Shown: in pieces, positions 45,123 through 46,422 of the stretch
How the letters are laid out: each line of letters opens with the position of its first letter
Numbering within the stretch: the stretch's first letter is position 1
Source: an uncultured Muribaculaceae bacterium
Lineage (GTDB): Bacteria; Bacillota_I; Bacilli_A; RF39; UBA660
NCBI GenBank assembly: GCA_964514935.1
Contig: CAZEVZ010000001.1
Coordinates: forward strand, 1-46,422
DNA: 46,422 nt
Reading direction: 5' to 3'
Program-made: the position numbers and the translations under genes
The notes under the pieces: model-generated
The model's database searches: none
What the model was told of the DNA's origin: nothing
The model's input: the letters and a program-made list of their open reading frames with translations, nothing else

Positions 45123-46422
45123 ATGTATAATTTTACAAAAATTGAAAAGAAATGGCAAAAATATTGGGCTGATAATAAGACTTTTAAAGCTGAAACGGGA
45201 AGTAAAAAGCAACCATATTATATCTTGGTAGAGTTCCCTTATCCATCTGGAGCTGGTCTACATGTAGGACATGTTAGAAGTTATACGGCTCAAGATGCTT
45301 TGGCAAGGATTAAAAGAATGCAGGGATACAACGTATTGTTTCCAATGGGATGGGATGCTTTTGGAGCACCTGCTGAACAATATGCAATAGCTAATCATAT
45401 TCATCCTAAAGAAGCGGTTAAAGAAAATATTAAAACTTTCAAAGGTCAAATGTTATCACTAGGCTTTTCATTCGATTGGGATAGAGAATTTTCAACAACT
45501 GATCCAGAATATTATAAATGGACACAATGGCAATTCTTACAGTTCTATAAACATGGAATGGCTTATAAGGCTAAAAAGGATGTTAACTGGTGTCCTAAAT
45601 GTAAGAGCGTTCTATCTAATGAAGATGCTGCAGGTGGCGTTTGTGAAAGATGTGGCAGCCAAGTAGTTCAAAAGGAAAAGAGTCAATGGATGCTTCGTAT
45701 GAGCGATTATGCGGAAGATTTAATAAATGGTCTTGAAGATACCAATTTTGCTGAGAGAGTAAAATTAGGTCAAATAAATTGGATAGGTAAATCTACGGGA
45801 GCAGAAGTTGATTTTACAGTTGCAGAAACTGGTGATAACTTAACGGTATATACGACTAGATGTGATACATTATTTGGTGTAACATTTATGGTACTTGCTC
45901 CAGAGCATCCAATGTTAGAGAAATTATCTAAACTAATAACTAATATGGATGAAGTTAGAAAATATCAAGAGTTTGCTAAAACTAAGAGTGCGTTTGAAAG
46001 AACAGAAGTTAATAAAGATAAAACTGGCGTTAGATTAGAGGGCATTACAGTTAAAAATCCACTTAATGGTAAGGATGTTGCGGTATTTATATCTGACTAT
46101 GTTATGATGGGTTATGGAACGGGAGCTATTATGGCGGTTCCTGCTCACGATCAACGTGACTATGAATTTGCTGAGAAGTTTGATCTTGAAATTATTCCAG
46201 TAATAAAAGGTGGAGATATCTCTAAAGAAGCCTATACTGGTGATGGTGAAATGATCAATTCAGATTTCTTAAATGGACTTACTAATAAAGCAGATTCAAT
46301 TAAGAAAATGCTTAAATATTTGGAAGAAAATAAAATAGGTAGAGCTAAAGTTAACTATAGACTTCAAGATTGGATATTCTCAAGACAAAGATTCTGGGGA
46401 GAACCAATTCCAATGATTTATT
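45123..46422 (+). CDS. leuS: Leucyl-tRNA synthetase (3' end beyond the window)
   Basis: Hand translation gives MYNFTKIEKKWQKYWADNKTFKAE...YILVEFPYPSGAGLHVGHVRSYT...FPMGWDAFGAPAE, including the HIGH-type motif. The RBS is AAGGAGGA. It is absent from the track only because the ORF is open at the window edge. Confidence 0.95.
   Translation, partial: MYNFTKIEKKWQKYWADNKTFKAETGSKKQPYYILVEFPYPSGAGLHVGHVRSYTAQDALARIKRMQGYNVLFPMGWDAFGAPAEQYAIANHIHPKEAVKENIKTFKGQMLSLGFSFDWDREFSTTDPEYYKWTQWQFLQFYKHGMAYKAKKDVNWCPKCKSVLSNEDAAGGVCERCGSQVVQKEKSQWMLRMSDYAEDLINGLEDTNFAERVKLGQINWIGKSTGAEVDFTVAETGDNLTVYTTRCDTLFGVTFMVLAPEHPMLEKLSKLITNMDEVRKYQEFAKTKSAFERTEVNKDKTGVRLEGITVKNPLNGKDVAVFISDYVMMGYGTGAIMAVPAHDQRDYEFAEKFDLEIIPVIKGGDISKEAYTGDGEMINSDFLNGLTNKADSIKKMLKYLEENKIGRAKVNYRLQDWIFSRQRFWGEPIPMIY

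Noticed and set aside
45027-45449. Minus-strand ORFs 45027..45212 and 45258..45449
   Set aside because: They overlap the T-box terminator and the leuS coding region. leuS is unambiguous from its translation.

Overview
This is a low-GC (roughly 30% by eye) Bacillota-type chromosomal segment using standard code 11. All family names below come from reading the translations, because no searches could be run.

Backbone genes are housekeeping: gatCAB, dnaD-nth, lexA, a TIGR01212-type radical SAM gene, mtaB, an N-domain-less clpB behind a CIRCE-like operator, priA, an rRNA m5U methyltransferase, a Nudix gene, and a T-box leader with leuS (partial, missing from the ORF track).

Accessory surface genes are interspersed:
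- a 2846-aa repeat adhesin with a SipW/TasA-like signal motif
- a Big_2 surface protein
- a Cys-repeat membrane protein
- five paralogues of a secreted family resembling phage tail fibres. They share a constant N-terminal module (signal peptide plus YDNTTSGLxSTNVQxALDELY) and carry different C-terminal heads.

Main finding: each of the four complete paralogues (starts 13430, 26544, 27472, 31648) is preceded by a nearly identical ~230-bp cassette. In it, 19-25-bp inverted repeats bracket 142-143 bp. The only strong sigma-A-type promoter in that segment (TTGCAC-17-TGgTATTAT) points away from the gene and into a bidirectional terminator. I read these as invertible promoters caught in the OFF state. 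They would form a multi-locus phase-variation network scattered through core genes, with no recombinase in the window. This is inference from geometry. A structured-leader alternative is recorded.

Other items:
- a GC-rich run of NNC codons at the 3' end of paralogue 5 that looks like a DGR variable region, with no RT or template repeat in the window
- a ~570-nt GC-enriched structured RNA behind a perfect consensus promoter and directly upstream of a small 4-TM protein (OLE/OapA-like)
- an in-frame Cys-rich continuation after the giant gene's stop codon
- an unannotated 46-codon membrane peptide divergent from lexA
- an unannotated YjcZ-like Gly/Tyr peptide
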